Assembly: GCA_965261735.1 (NCBI GenBank)
Contig: OZ253470.1
Span: 1,984,001-2,048,000, forward strand
Direction of reading: 5' to 3'
Length of the DNA: 64,000 bases
Source of the DNA: Alphaproteobacteria bacterium
GTDB lineage: Bacteria; Pseudomonadota; Alphaproteobacteria; SHVV01
The position numbers and the translations under genes were made by a program. The notes below the pieces were generated by a model. It had not been told where the DNA came from. It was given only the letters and a program-made list of their open reading frames with translations, and did no database searches. Positions 9,044 to 21,407 of the stretch are shown piece after piece. Position 1 is the first letter of the stretch; the number at the start of each line of letters is the position of its first letter.

Positions 9044-10153
9044 ATGGGAACGGAGTCGCAGGCGGGCGTTCATCCCGAGGCGCGGCGCGGGCGCGGCGCG
9101 GCGAGCAACACGACCAACCGCTTCGAAACGTTGAAGCGCGTGGCGCGCGACGCCGACTGGGTGTTCGACGACGGCTGGGGCGGCGCCGACGAGCCGCCGC
9201 CCACCATCGCCACCACGGTCACGGTCGATGCGACCCGCACCATCATTGCCACCAACGATTCACCCGACATCGGGTTCGACCGCTCGATCAATCCCTATCG
9301 TGGCTGCGAGCACGGCTGCATCTACTGCTTCGCGCGCCCGACCCACGCCTGGCTCGGCTACTCGCCGGGGCTCGACTTCGAATCGCAGCTCGTCGCCAAA
9401 CCCGAGGCACCGCGCCTGCTCGCGCGCGAGCTCGCGCGCCCCGGCTATCGCTGCCGTATGATCGCGCTCGGCACCAACACGGACCCCTACCAGCCGATCG
9501 AACGCACCTGGCGCATCACGAGGGGCATCCTCGAGGTGCTGGCCGCCCACAGCCACCCGCTCGGCATTGTCACTAAGTCGGCGCTGGTCGGGCGCGATAT
9601 CGATATTCTGGCGCCGATGGCGGCCCAGGGCCTGGCGCAGGTGTTCGTCTCCGTGACGACGCTGGACCGCCGCCTTGCGCGCCGCATGGAGCCGCGGGCG
9701 GCAACACCCGAGAAAAGGCTGGAGATCATCCGACGCCTGACCCAGGCGGGCATCCCGACGGGCGTCATGGCGGCGCCGGTGATCCCGGCGCTAACCGATT
9801 CCGAGCTCGAGGCGATCCTGCAGGCCGCGGCCGCGGCCGGCGCACGCACGGCATCCTACGTGCTCTTGCGCTTGCCGCTAGAGATCAAGGACCTGTTCCG
9901 TGAGTGGCTCGCCGAGAACGAGCCGCTCAAGGCCGAGAGCGTCATGCGGCGGGTCCGCATCATGCGCGGCGGGCGCGACTACGACGCGACTTTTGGGCGG
10001 CGCCAGACCGGCGAAGGCAGCGACGCCGAGCTGCTCGCGCGTCGCTTTCAACTCGCGTGCCGGCGCCTCGGCTTCAATCAGGCCCGGACCGAGCTCGACA
10101 CCTCGCTCTTTCGCGTGCCTCCGGCACCCGGCGATCAGCTCAGCCTGTTGTAG
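9044..10153 (+). CDS. PA0069-family (SplB-like) radical SAM protein
   Basis: NPYRGCEHGCIYCFARPTH CxxxCxxC motif; TDPYQPIE; C-terminal QLSLL clamp-binding-like motif. Confidence 0.92.
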   Translation: MGTESQAGVHPEARRGRGAASNTTNRFETLKRVARDADWVFDDGWGGADEPPPTIATTVTVDATRTIIATNDSPDIGFDRSINPYRGCEHGCIYCFARPTHAWLGYSPGLDFESQLVAKPEAPRLLARELARPGYRCRMIALGTNTDPYQPIERTWRITRGILEVLAAHSHPLGIVTKSALVGRDIDILAPMAAQGLAQVFVSVTTLDRRLARRMEPRAATPEKRLEIIRRLTQAGIPTGVMAAPVIPALTDSELEAILQAAAAAGARTASYVLLRLPLEIKDLFREWLAENEPLKAESVMRRVRIMRGGRDYDATFGRRQTGEGSDAELLARRFQLACRRLGFNQARTELDTSLFRVPPAPGDQLSLL

Positions 10154-10170
10154 GTAAGCGAGGCGCGGAG

Positions 10171-11061
10171 TTAGGCCGCGGCGGGATGGCGTACCGTCAT
10201 CAGCGCCTGGCCCATGACCGCGACGATGATGATGGCGCCGCCCAGCAGCGTCGATGCGCTCGGCACTTCGCTGACGACGAGCCACACCCAGATCGGGCCG
10301 AGCACGATCTCGAAATTCGACAACAGGGAAGCTTCGCCGGCCCGCACGTGCCGGGCGCCGAACGTGAACAGGACAAACCCGGCCGCCAGCTGAACCGTAC
10401 CCATCAGAATACAGAGCACCAGGTCGCGGGCGGAAATCGCGAAGGAGTCGACGAGCGCCGCCGCGATGATCATGGCCAAGGCCGCGCCCAGGCAGCTGAC
10501 GGGCGTCATGTCCACGGCGCGCCCGCCGCGCAGGGTGACCACCAGTGCGGCGTAACCGCAGATGCCGACGAGCGCGATCAGGTTGCCGAGCGCGCGGCCC
10601 TCGAGGATGCCGCCGCCGACCATGATGGTGAGACCCGTGAGCGCCGCCGTCATGGCGATCCAGGTGGCGCCGAGGACTCGTTCCCCGAGCAGCAACCAGG
10701 CGAGGACCGCGGAGATGAAAGGAAGCGCCCCGAACACGAACACCGCGTTGGCGACCGAGGTGTAGAACAGGGCCCACACGAAGCAAACCGAGCCGATGGC
10801 AAGGCCGCAGGCACCGGCCACGCCGCGCCAGCCGATGGCGACGAACGCGGCGCCGGTGCGCGGCCCGTAGCGCACCGCCGTCAGCAACAGGATGGCGAGC
10901 GAAAACGCGACCGAGCGGTAGAAGACTACCTGCCAGCCGTCGGCCGCCTCCAACAGGCGCACCAGCAGGCCCGCGAGGCTGAAGCAAACGCCGCCGGCGA
11001 GGACCGCGGCCGCGCCGAGAACGTGGCGCCGGTCGGCGGCCAGGATCGCAAAAGCTCTCAT
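10171..11061 (-). CDS. DMT/EamA-family transporter
   Basis: About 10 hydrophobic helices; TSVANA, LGERV, EIVLGPIWVWL motifs. Confidence 0.88.
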   Translation of the reverse strand: MRAFAILAADRRHVLGAAAVLAGGVCFSLAGLLVRLLEAADGWQVVFYRSVAFSLAILLLTAVRYGPRTGAAFVAIGWRGVAGACGLAIGSVCFVWALFYTSVANAVFVFGALPFISAVLAWLLLGERVLGATWIAMTAALTGLTIMVGGGILEGRALGNLIALVGICGYAALVVTLRGGRAVDMTPVSCLGAALAMIIAAALVDSFAISARDLVLCILMGTVQLAAGFVLFTFGARHVRAGEASLLSNFEIVLGPIWVWLVVSEVPSASTLLGGAIIIVAVMGQALMTVRHPAAA

Positions 11062-11089
11062 CAAACGCTGGGATGCCCGGCCGGGGTTG

Positions 11090-11980
11090 TCATGGCGCCT
11101 CGCGCAGGCGCGCGGTCGCGACCGCTTGGCCGGCGATGGCGAGGATGACGATGCCGCCGCCAATGAGGGTCACGAGGCGGGGGATCTCGCTGACCGCAAA
11201 CCACACCCACAGCGGCCCGAGAATAATCTCGATGTTGGAGAGCAGCGTCAGCTCGCCGGCCCGCACGTAGCGTGCACCGACGGTGAACAGCGAATAGCCG
11301 ATGGCGCTGGGAACGGTCCCCATGAGCACGCAGATGGCGAGGTCGTGCGCCGAAATCGCGAAGTCGGCGGCCAGGGGCGCCGAAATCAGCGCGATCAGTA
11401 GGCTCGAGAGGCCGACGACGGGGACCATGTCGACCGAGCGCCGCGCCCGCAGGATCACCGTCATGGTCGCGAAGCTGATGGCCGCGGTTACCGCCAGGAG
11501 GTTGCCGAGCACACGCCCGGCCGCGAGCCCGCCGACCACCATGATGGTGATGCCGACAAAGCCCCCCGTCATGAAAAACCAGGTCGCCCGCCGCACCCGC
11601 TCGCCGAGCGCGAGCCAGGCCAGGATTGCCGTCACGAAGGGCAGGCCGCCGAGGACGAAGATGGCGTTGGCGACGGTCGTGTGAAGGAAGGCCCAGATGA
11701 AGCAGAGCCCGCCCAGGCCGAGGCACGCGGCGCCACCCACCCCGGCCCAGCCGATTCCGACATAGGCGCGAAACACCCGGCCGCGGTGCCGCAGCGCGAC
11801 GATCGAGAACACGGCGAAGGACGCGACCAGCGAGCGATAGAAGAGCATCTGCCAGCCGCCCGCCGAGTCGATGAGGCGTACGAACAGGCCGGTGGTGCTG
11901 AAGCAGGTGGCCGCTGCCAGAACGAGAAAAACCCCGAGCAGGTGGCGCCGGTCGATAGTCGTGTCACCGAGGGTCGCCAC
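11090..11980 (-). CDS. DMT/EamA-family transporter (tandem paralog)
   Basis: Same motifs (TTVANA, LGERV, EIILGPLWVWF); AGGAGG RBS before GTG 11980. Confidence 0.88.
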   Translation of the reverse strand: MATLGDTTIDRRHLLGVFLVLAAATCFSTTGLFVRLIDSAGGWQMLFYRSLVASFAVFSIVALRHRGRVFRAYVGIGWAGVGGAACLGLGGLCFIWAFLHTTVANAIFVLGGLPFVTAILAWLALGERVRRATWFFMTGGFVGITIMVVGGLAAGRVLGNLLAVTAAISFATMTVILRARRSVDMVPVVGLSSLLIALISAPLAADFAISAHDLAICVLMGTVPSAIGYSLFTVGARYVRAGELTLLSNIEIILGPLWVWFAVSEIPRLVTLIGGGIVILAIAGQAVATARLREAP

Positions 11981-12144
11981 CGGACCTCCTGGCGAGAGGG
12001 GATGAGCGACAGGCTCCACCGCTCACCGACCGCCGGCCGGGCCGGCAACGATGGCGCACTATATTCACAGCGACAGGCGAAACCGAGCACGAATCGGGAT
12101 TCCAGCGGCGCGGCCGTACGCGCCGGTCATGCTATGCTCATGCC

Positions 12145-13537
12145 ATGCCGGGCCACGCCGAGATCACGGGAATCGCCGTCGTCGCGGTCGTGGCCCTGGT
12201 TTGCGGCATCCTGATGGCGCGGCTGCGCCAGCCGGCCATCGTCGGCTACATCCTCGCCGGGCTCCTGCTCGGCCCCTCTGGTTTCGGTTTGGTAGCCGAC
12301 CGCGCGCAGGTCGCGCTGCTCGCCGAGCTCGGCGTGCTGCTGCTTCTGTTCCTCATCGGCATGGAGCTGAGCCTACGCGCCTTTGCCCGTGTGTGGCGCG
12401 TCTCCCTGGTTGGCGCCGCCCTTCAAATCGCCATCGCCGCCGCCGTCACCCTGGCGCTCTCCGGCCTCCTCGACTGGTCCTGGAGATTCGCCGTCGTTCT
12501 CGGTTTCGCGGTGGCGCTCAGCAGCACCGCGGTCGCCATCAAGACGCTCGAGGACATCGGCGAACTGCGCACCGGCGTCGGGCGCACGGCGATCGGCGTG
12601 CTCATCGCCCAGGACCTCGCCGTCGTGCCGATGCTGCTGATCATCGACGGCATGGGCCGGGAGCGGGCGTTCGACATGGCCATCCTTGGCAAGATCGGCA
12701 TCGCCGTGCTCGGGCTCGGCCTGATGATCCGCATCCTCAGCCGCCGCGACCGCATCAGCCTGCCGTTCGGCCGCTTCTTCGCGCGCAGCAACGACCTCAC
12801 CGCGGTTGGCGCGCTCGCCTACTGTTTCGCGGCGGCCGCGGCCTCGGGAGTGCTCGGCCTGTCGCCGGCTTATGGCGCGTTCCTGGCCGGCCTGTTCATC
12901 GGCAACACCACGAGCCGCCGCGCCATCTACCGCGCCACGCTGCCGGTGCAGAGCGTGCTCATCATGGTCTTCTTCCTGTCGATCGGGCTGCTCATCGACC
13001 TCGCCTACATCTGGACCAACCTCGGCACGGTACTGCTGTTGCTCGCCGTGGTGACGATCTTCAAGACGGCAATGAACGTGGCCCTCCTGCACGGTCTCGG
13101 CGAGCCGTGGCCGCGCGCGTTCCTCGCCGGCGTCGTCCTCGGGCAAATCGGCGAGTTCTCCTTCTTGCTCGTGGCCGCGGGCGTCGGCGCCGCGATCGTC
13201 GGCGCCGACGAGCAGCGGCTGATGGTCTCGGTCATCGCGCTTAGCCTCGTCACCAGCCCGCTATGGCTGGTAACGGCGCGCAGGCTCCACAACCTCGCCT
13301 CAGGCGGCATCTCCTCGCTCGGCGAACTGCTCGATCAGGTCTACGGCCACGAGGCTCGCCTCGTGGCCGTGACCTCGGGCCGCGCCTACCGCCTGAGCTA
13401 CAGGCTCGGGGCCGGTGCGCTTCGGGTCGTCAACCGGCTGCGGCCGCATCCGGCGGCCGACAGCGCCCCGGCCGAGCCTCCGCCTTGTGCCGCCACGGCG
13501 AAGCGCAGGGCGCCGCGCCGGCGCAAGTCCCCCACCG

Positions 13538-13548
<11 letters not shown>
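12145..13548 (+). CDS. CPA2 cation:proton antiporter (KefB/KefC-like membrane domain, no KTN domain)
   Basis: [53 protein letters not shown]. Confidence 0.9.
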
Positions 13549-15317
<1,769 letters not shown>

Positions 15318-15331
15318 ACACCGGCGCTACG

Positions 15332-16399
15332 TTACGGCGCGTCGGCCCGCGCGTGGGCGATGACCTTTTTCATCAGCGTCGGTAGCGCGACCCCCTCGAG
15401 CCCGTCGAGCGGACACCAGAGGCCGTCGGCCGCACCTTCCGTGACCGCGGCGGCGAGTACGCGGAGTTCGAGCCGGAAGTGGGTGAAGCCGTGGTCGACG
15501 AGGCCATCGAGGGCGCGCCAGCATGCGCGCAGCGGCGCATGGCGGCGGGCCTCGGCGTGGCTCCAAGCGGCCTCGCGCCAGGGCGTGGATGGGACCTCCA
15601 TCATACCGCCGAGCAGCCCCTTGGGCGGGCGCCGCCGCAGCAATACCGCACCGTCGGCGCGCACCGCCCAGAAGGCCACGCCGCGCCTCGTCGGACGCTC
15701 ACGCCGGGGGCTGCGTTTCGGCAGCGTTTCGGCGACGCCTTGCGCCCGTCCCAAGCAGGCAGCACCCCACGGGCAGGCGGTACAGAGCGGACGGCGCGGC
15801 GTGCACACCGTGGCGCCGAGATCCATGAGCGCCTGGGCATAGTCGCCGGGGCGCGAGCGCGGCGCCAACTCGGCCGCGAGGGCGCGCAGGCGCCGGCGCG
15901 CCGCGGGGAGCGGCTCGTCGATTCCGCGCAGGCGCGCGATCACGCGCTCGACATTGCCATCGACCACGTTCGCCGGCCGGCTGAAGGCGATTGCCGCGAT
16001 CGCCGCCGCGGTGTAGGGGCCGATCCCGGGCAGGGCGCGCAAAGCCGCCTCGTCGCCCGGGAAGCGGCCGCCGTGATGGGCTGCCAGCTCTTTCGCGCAG
16101 GCGTGCAGGCGGTGCGCGCGGCCGTAGTAGCCGAGCCCCTGCCAGGCGTGGAGAACATCGGCGAGCGGCGCCGCCGCGAGTGCCGCGAGGCTCGGCCAGC
16201 GGGCGACGAAACGCTCGAAGTAGGGGATGACGGTCGCCACCGTGGTCTGCTGCAGCATGATCTCGCTGAGCCAGACACGGTAGGGGTCTGGTACACTCCC
16301 CTTCGCGCGCCACGGCAGGTCGCGCCCGGCGGCGTCGTACCAGACGAGCAGTTGCGCAGACGGGCGATTGACGGCGGCGCTCACGCCGTCGGCCCACAT
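15332..16399 (-). CDS. mutY: A/G-specific adenine glycosylase
   Basis: WLSEIMLQQT, WQGLGYY, LPGIGPYTA (HhH), VDGNVERV, CTPRRPLCTACPW...C (FCL); start approximate. Confidence 0.95.
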   Translation of the reverse strand: MWADGVSAAVNRPSAQLLVWYDAAGRDLPWRAKGSVPDPYRVWLSEIMLQQTTVATVIPYFERFVARWPSLAALAAAPLADVLHAWQGLGYYGRAHRLHACAKELAAHHGGRFPGDEAALRALPGIGPYTAAAIAAIAFSRPANVVDGNVERVIARLRGIDEPLPAARRRLRALAAELAPRSRPGDYAQALMDLGATVCTPRRPLCTACPWGAACLGRAQGVAETLPKRSPRRERPTRRGVAFWAVRADGAVLLRRRPPKGLLGGMMEVPSTPWREAAWSHAEARRHAPLRACWRALDGLVDHGFTHFRLELRVLAAAVTEGAADGLWCPLDGLEGVALPTLMKKVIAHARADAP

Positions 16400-16434
16400 T
16401 TGCCCGCCCCATCGGGGATGACGCGGGTGCGCTT

Positions 16435-16959
16435 TTGGCGCACACTCGCGCCATGAGGAAGCGGCGATGGCGGGGGCCCGAGAATATAGCCGCCTTCCTG
16501 CCGGCGGTGACGAAAGCGGCCCGCGGCCCGCGCGGTTTCGCGGCGGCAGAGGTCATCGCCCATTGGCCGGCCATCGTCGGCGAGGCACTCGCGCGCCAGT
16601 GCAGCCCGGAAAAGCTCAGCATGAGCGGGCGCGCCGGTGGCGTCCTGCGCGTGCGCGCGCCCGGAAGCCTCGCGCTTGAGCTGCAGCATCTCGAACCCCA
16701 GGTCATCGACCGCATCAACGCGTATCTCGGCTATCGCGCGGTCGGCCGGCTCGCCTTCACGCAGGCGCCCGTGCCGGAGCGGAAGCGGGCGCCTGCGGCG
16801 GTCGATCCCCCGCTTGCGCCGGCCGCACTCGTCGCTGGCGCCGTATCGGGCATCGTCGATCCCGGCCTGCGCCGGTCGCTCAGCGGGCTCGGGCGCCGCG
16901 TCGCGGCGGCGCCAGCGCGCGGGCGCGAGGGCCGCGGGAGATCGCCCAAGAGTCCTTGA
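16435..16959 (+). CDS. DUF721/DciA-like protein
   Basis: HWPAIVG, ALELQH, RINAYLGYRAV; conserved position between mutY and dsbA/smc. Confidence 0.85.
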   Translation: MAHTRAMRKRRWRGPENIAAFLPAVTKAARGPRGFAAAEVIAHWPAIVGEALARQCSPEKLSMSGRAGGVLRVRAPGSLALELQHLEPQVIDRINAYLGYRAVGRLAFTQAPVPERKRAPAAVDPPLAPAALVAGAVSGIVDPGLRRSLSGLGRRVAAAPARGREGRGRSPKSP

Positions 16960-17013
16960 GGTCGCGCAGCCCAACCCCTATACTTTCACCATATCTTGTA
17001 GTCACAGTCTGTG

Positions 17014-17799
17014 ATGGCCCAAATTAGCGGTTTTTTCGCCACGTCGCTCGCTGCCGCCCTCGGGCTCGCGGTGGTGCTTGCCGGAGCGGTACAGGCACAA
17101 GCTCCTGTGGCGGAGACCGAGGTCGCTCTGGGCGCCGAGGACGCGCCCATCACCGTCATCGAATACGCGTCGCTGACCTGCCCCCACTGCGCCGCGTTCC
17201 ACCGCGAGACGTTTCCGCGCCTTAAGTCCGACTATATCGACACCGGGCGGGTGCGCTACGTCTTTCGCGATTTCCCCCTCGATCAGCTCGCGTTCCGGGC
17301 GGCGATCCTCGCCCGCTGCGCCGGTCCCAAGCGCTATCTCAGCTTCGTCGAGGTGCTGCTAAGCCAGCAGGAGAGCTGGTCGGGCCATGCCGATCCGATG
17401 CTGGCGCTGAAGCTGCTCGCCGGCCTCGGCGGCATTTCCGAAGAGAGGTTCGACGCCTGTTTCAACGATAAGGAATTGGGTGAGCGCGTGATCGCCTCGC
17501 GTCTGGAGGGCGAACAGCGTTACGACGTCTCGTCGACCCCAACCTTTTTCATCAATGGCGAAAAGCACGTCGGCGCGCTCAAGTTCAAGGACTTCGACGC
17601 CATCCTCAAGCCGCTGCTGGGGGTAGCGTCGGCGCAGGCCGCCCCGTCCGAGGCGGCGCCCGCGTCCGCGGCCACACCTGAGGCAGCGCGCAGCGGCAGC
17701 ACAACCTGGCTCGTCGTCGCCGCCCTGCTCGTTGCGCTTGCCGCCGGCGGCGCCTCCTTCTGGTGGCGGCGCCCAAGCCCGGATCAGGACCAGGGTTAG
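17014..17799 (+). CDS. DsbA-family thiol:disulfide oxidoreductase with an extra C-terminal Ala/Pro linker and TM helix
   Basis: Signal peptide, EYASLTCPHCAAFH, FPLD, STPTFFING; tail TWLVVAALLVALAAGGASFWWRR. Confidence 0.88.
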   Translation: MAQISGFFATSLAAALGLAVVLAGAVQAQAPVAETEVALGAEDAPITVIEYASLTCPHCAAFHRETFPRLKSDYIDTGRVRYVFRDFPLDQLAFRAAILARCAGPKRYLSFVEVLLSQQESWSGHADPMLALKLLAGLGGISEERFDACFNDKELGERVIASRLEGEQRYDVSSTPTFFINGEKHVGALKFKDFDAILKPLLGVASAQAAPSEAAPASAATPEAARSGSTTWLVVAALLVALAAGGASFWWRRPSPDQDQG

Positions 17800-17804
17800 C
17801 GGCC

Positions 17805-20800
17805 GTGCAGTTCGAGCGCCTTCGCGTCTCCGGCTTCAAGTCGTTCGTCGATGCGACCGAGCTCCTCATCGAGCCCGGCCTCACCGGCATCGTCGGACCC
17901 AACGGCTGCGGCAAGTCGAACCTGGTCGAGGCGATACGCTGGGTCATGGGCGAATTCTCGCCCCGGCGGGTACGCGCCGGCGAGATGGACGATGTGATCT
18001 TCGGCGGCACCAGCGAGCGGCCGATGCGCAACCTCGCCGAGGTATCGCTGCAGCTCGACAACGCCGACCGGCGTGCGCCGGCCCCGTTCAACGCCAACGA
18101 CACCCTCGAGGTCACGCGCCGCATCGAGCGCGGCAGCGGGTCGCACTACCGGATCAACGGCCACGAGGTGCGCGCGCGCGACGTGCAGCTCCTGTTCGCC
18201 GACGCTTCCAGCGGCGCGCACTCGACGGCATTGGTGAGCCAGGGCGAGGTCGGCGCGATCATCGACGCCAGGCCGCTCGACCGGCGCGCCATTCTCGAAG
18301 AGGCAGCCGCCATCACCGGGCTGCATTCGCGGCGCCACGAGGCGGAGCTACGATTGCGGGCGGCGGACACGAACCTGGGCCGCCTCGACGACGTGATGGG
18401 GACGCTGGAGAGCCAGCTCCACGGGCTCAAGCGGCAGGCGCGGCAGGCGACCCGTTACCGCAACCTCAGCGGCCACATCCGCCGGGCCGAGGCGGTTCTG
18501 CTGTACTTCGCGTGGAGCGAGGCGATGGCCGAAGGAGCGGCGGCCGCGGCCGCGCTCGCCCAGGCGCAGGAATGCGTTGCCGAGTTGACGCGAGACGCGG
18601 CCGGTTGCGCCGCCGTCGTCGCCGAAGCAGCTTCGATCGTGGACGGGCTGCGCCGGGCCGAGGTTGAGGCCGCCGCCGCCCTGCACCGGCTCGCGGTGGC
18701 GCGCGACCGTATCGAGGCCGACGAGGCGAGGGTTGCCGAGGACCGACGCGAGCTCGCAGGCGTCAGCGAGCAGATCGTGCGCGACTTCGCCCGGGAAGAG
18801 GAACTTGCAGCCGACGCCGACGCCGCCCTCGCCCGGCTGCACGGGGAGGATGCGGAACTCTCAGTCCGCGACGACCACGATGACGCGCGGCGCACCTCCG
18901 AGGAGCGCGCCGAGACCGCGGCCAACGCCCTCGCCGAGCGCGAGCGCGAGCTCGATGCGCAGACGGCAGCGGCCGCAGGCGAGGAGGCCCGGCGCGACAG
19001 CCTGGCGCGCGAGGCCGCGGAGCTCGCGCGTACCCAAGAGCGCCTACGGGCGCGCACGGCCGAGCTGGTCGAGGAACGCGGGCGGCTCGCCGCCAAGGCG
19101 CAAGCCTCGCCGGGAGAGCCTACGGCACCGCAGGCGGCCGAAGCCGCGTCCGCCGCCGGCGCGCGGCTCATCGAGGCCGAAGCGGCGCGCGACCGGGCCG
19201 AGGCGGTCGCCACCGAAGCGGGCGAGTCATACCAGACGATCGCCGCCGAGGCGGCACGGCTCGACGCCGAGGAACAGGCGCTCGCCCGTCTGGCCGCCGG
19301 AGCCGGCGGCGAGCGCTGGCCGCCGATCATCGATTCGGTCACCGTCGCCAAGGGCATCGAGGCGGCGCTCGACGCCGCGCTCGGCGACGACCTCGCCGCC
19401 GCCACCGAGGCCGAAGCCCCGGCCCATTGGCGCGCGCTCGCCGCAAAGGACGAGCCGCGGCCCCTGCCAGAAGGCGCGACTCCGCTTAGCGAGGTTGTCA
19501 GTGCGCCGCCCGCGCTGGGGCGCCGCCTCAGCCAAATCGGCCTTGTCGATGGCGACGAGGGGGCGCGCCTACAGGAGCGCCTCGCCCAGGGGCAGAGGCT
19601 CGTGAGCCGCGAAGGAGCCCTGTGGCGGTGGGACGGTTATTCGGTGGAGTCGGGCGCGCCAACCGCGGCCCAGGTGCGCGCGCGGCAGTGCCGGCGCTTG
19701 CGCGAGGTGCGGGCCCAGCGCACCGAATTAATGCCGCGGCTCGAAGAAGCGCGGGCGAGTCGTGACGACGCCCTAGCCCGCTCGCGGGCCGCCACCGAGC
19801 ACGCGGGCGCGGCGCGGCGCACCGCCCGCGAGGCCGACGCCCACGCCACACAACTCCGCGAGGCCGATGCCGAGGCCACGCGGGCGACGCTAACGCGCGC
19901 CGCACGGCTGGCCGCTATCAATGACACGGTGCGCCACCTCGAGGCCGAAACGGCCGCCGCCACGACCCGGCTCGACGAGGCGCTCGGCGCGCACGAAGCG
20001 CTCCCGGCGCCGGAGGTGGCGCGTCAGCGTTTGGCGGACCTGAGGCCGGACGTCGCCGCGCAGCGGCTCGTGCTCGCGGCGGCCGAGCGCGAGCGCGACT
20101 CCCTCGAGGAGCAGGCGGCCGCCGCCGCGGCGCGGCGCGGCGCCATTGTCGACGAGCGCCAAACCTGGCAGGCGCGGGCGCAAGCCGCGAAACGCCAGCT
20201 CACCCAGCTGGAGGCGCGCCGCACCACCACGGCGGCACGGCGCGCCGCGCTCGATCGCAAGCCCGACGAGATCGCCGAACGCCGTCGCGCCCTGCTCGAC
20301 GAGCTGAGCACCGCTGACACCGCCCGCAACCGCGCCGCCGACTCGCTGGCGAGCGCCGAGGCTGAGCTCGCCGGTGGCGAGCGAGCAGCGCGCGCGGCGG
20401 AGAAGGCGCTCGCCGAGGCGCGCGAGGAGCGTGTTCGTGCCGAGGCCGCGGCAACGCGGGCTGACGAGCGCCGCGAGGAGGCGGCGACACGTATCGGCGA
20501 GCGCCTCGACTGCGCGCCCGAGGATGCCGCCGCCGAAGCCGGCCTCGATGCCAATGCCCCGGTACCGGACGTCGGCGCGGTTGAGGTCCGTTTGCAGCGG
20601 CTGAGGCGCGAGCGCGACACCATGGGGCCGGTCAACCTGCGCGCCGAAGCGGAAGCCGCCGACATCGACGACAAGCTCAAGGCGTTGCGCGACGAGCGCG
20701 CCGATCTTGAGGCGGCGATCGCGCGGCTGCGGCACGGCATCGGCCGCCTCAACCGCGAGGGGCGCGAGCGCCTGATCGAGGCTTTCGGCCGCGTCGACGG

Positions 20801-21248
20801 CCATTTCCGCGACCTGTTCGTGCGCCTCTTTGGCGGCGGCCGCGCCCATCTCGCCCTGACCGAGTCCGACGACCCGCTCGAGGCCGGGCTCGAAGTCATG
20901 GCCAGCCCGCCGGGCAAGCGCCTGCAGGCGATGTCGCTGCTATCGGGCGGCGAGCAGACGCTGACGGCGGTCGCGCTCCTGTTCGCCGTGTTCCTGACCA
21001 ACCCGGGGCCGGTGTGTATCCTCGACGAGGTCGATGCCGCGCTCGACGACGCCAACGTCGAGCGACTCCTCGACCTCGTGACCGACATCGCGCGGCAGTC
21101 CGAGACGCGCTTCGTGCTCATCTCCCACAACCCGATCACCATGGCGCGCATGAACCGGCTGTACGGCGTCACGATGAGCGAGCGCGGCGTGTCACAGATC
21201 GTCTCGGTCGATCTGTCGCGCGCGGAGGCTCTTCGGGCCGCCGAATAG
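17805..21248 (+). CDS. smc: Chromosome segregation ATPase SMC
   Basis: GFKSF, GPNGCGKSN Walker A, coiled coils and hinge, GPVNLRA, LSGGEQ, LDEVDAALD, ISHN. Confidence 0.97.
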   Translation: MQFERLRVSGFKSFVDATELLIEPGLTGIVGPNGCGKSNLVEAIRWVMGEFSPRRVRAGEMDDVIFGGTSERPMRNLAEVSLQLDNADRRAPAPFNANDTLEVTRRIERGSGSHYRINGHEVRARDVQLLFADASSGAHSTALVSQGEVGAIIDARPLDRRAILEEAAAITGLHSRRHEAELRLRAADTNLGRLDDVMGTLESQLHGLKRQARQATRYRNLSGHIRRAEAVLLYFAWSEAMAEGAAAAAALAQAQECVAELTRDAAGCAAVVAEAASIVDGLRRAEVEAAAALHRLAVARDRIEADEARVAEDRRELAGVSEQIVRDFAREEELAADADAALARLHGEDAELSVRDDHDDARRTSEERAETAANALAERERELDAQTAAAAGEEARRDSLAREAAELARTQERLRARTAELVEERGRLAAKAQASPGEPTAPQAAEAASAAGARLIEAEAARDRAEAVATEAGESYQTIAAEAARLDAEEQALARLAAGAGGERWPPIIDSVTVAKGIEAALDAALGDDLAAATEAEAPAHWRALAAKDEPRPLPEGATPLSEVVSAPPALGRRLSQIGLVDGDEGARLQERLAQGQRLVSREGALWRWDGYSVESGAPTAAQVRARQCRRLREVRAQRTELMPRLEEARASRDDALARSRAATEHAGAARRTAREADAHATQLREADAEATRATLTRAARLAAINDTVRHLEAETAAATTRLDEALGAHEALPAPEVARQRLADLRPDVAAQRLVLAAAERERDSLEEQAAAAAARRGAIVDERQTWQARAQAAKRQLTQLEARRTTTAARRAALDRKPDEIAERRRALLDELSTADTARNRAADSLASAEAELAGGERAARAAEKALAEAREERVRAEAAATRADERREEAATRIGERLDCAPEDAAAEAGLDANAPVPDVGAVEVRLQRLRRERDTMGPVNLRAEAEAADIDDKLKALRDERADLEAAIARLRHGIGRLNREGRERLIEAFGRVDGHFRDLFVRLFGGGRAHLALTESDDPLEAGLEVMASPPGKRLQAMSLLSGGEQTLTAVALLFAVFLTNPGPVCILDEVDAALDDANVERLLDLVTDIARQSETRFVLISHNPITMARMNRLYGVTMSERGVSQIVSVDLSRAEALRAAE

Positions 21249-21407
21249 AGATCCTGACAGCCCCGCCATCATCGCAGTTTTACCAAATAATTCAGGCGCT
21301 TAATCGGTTGGTAGCCCACCTTGACAGGGCCCAGGCGAGCCCCTATGGTGGCGCCGCCTTGGGCGGGCCGGCTGGACCGTCGGATCGCGCGGGGCCGGCA
21401 GGGTACA

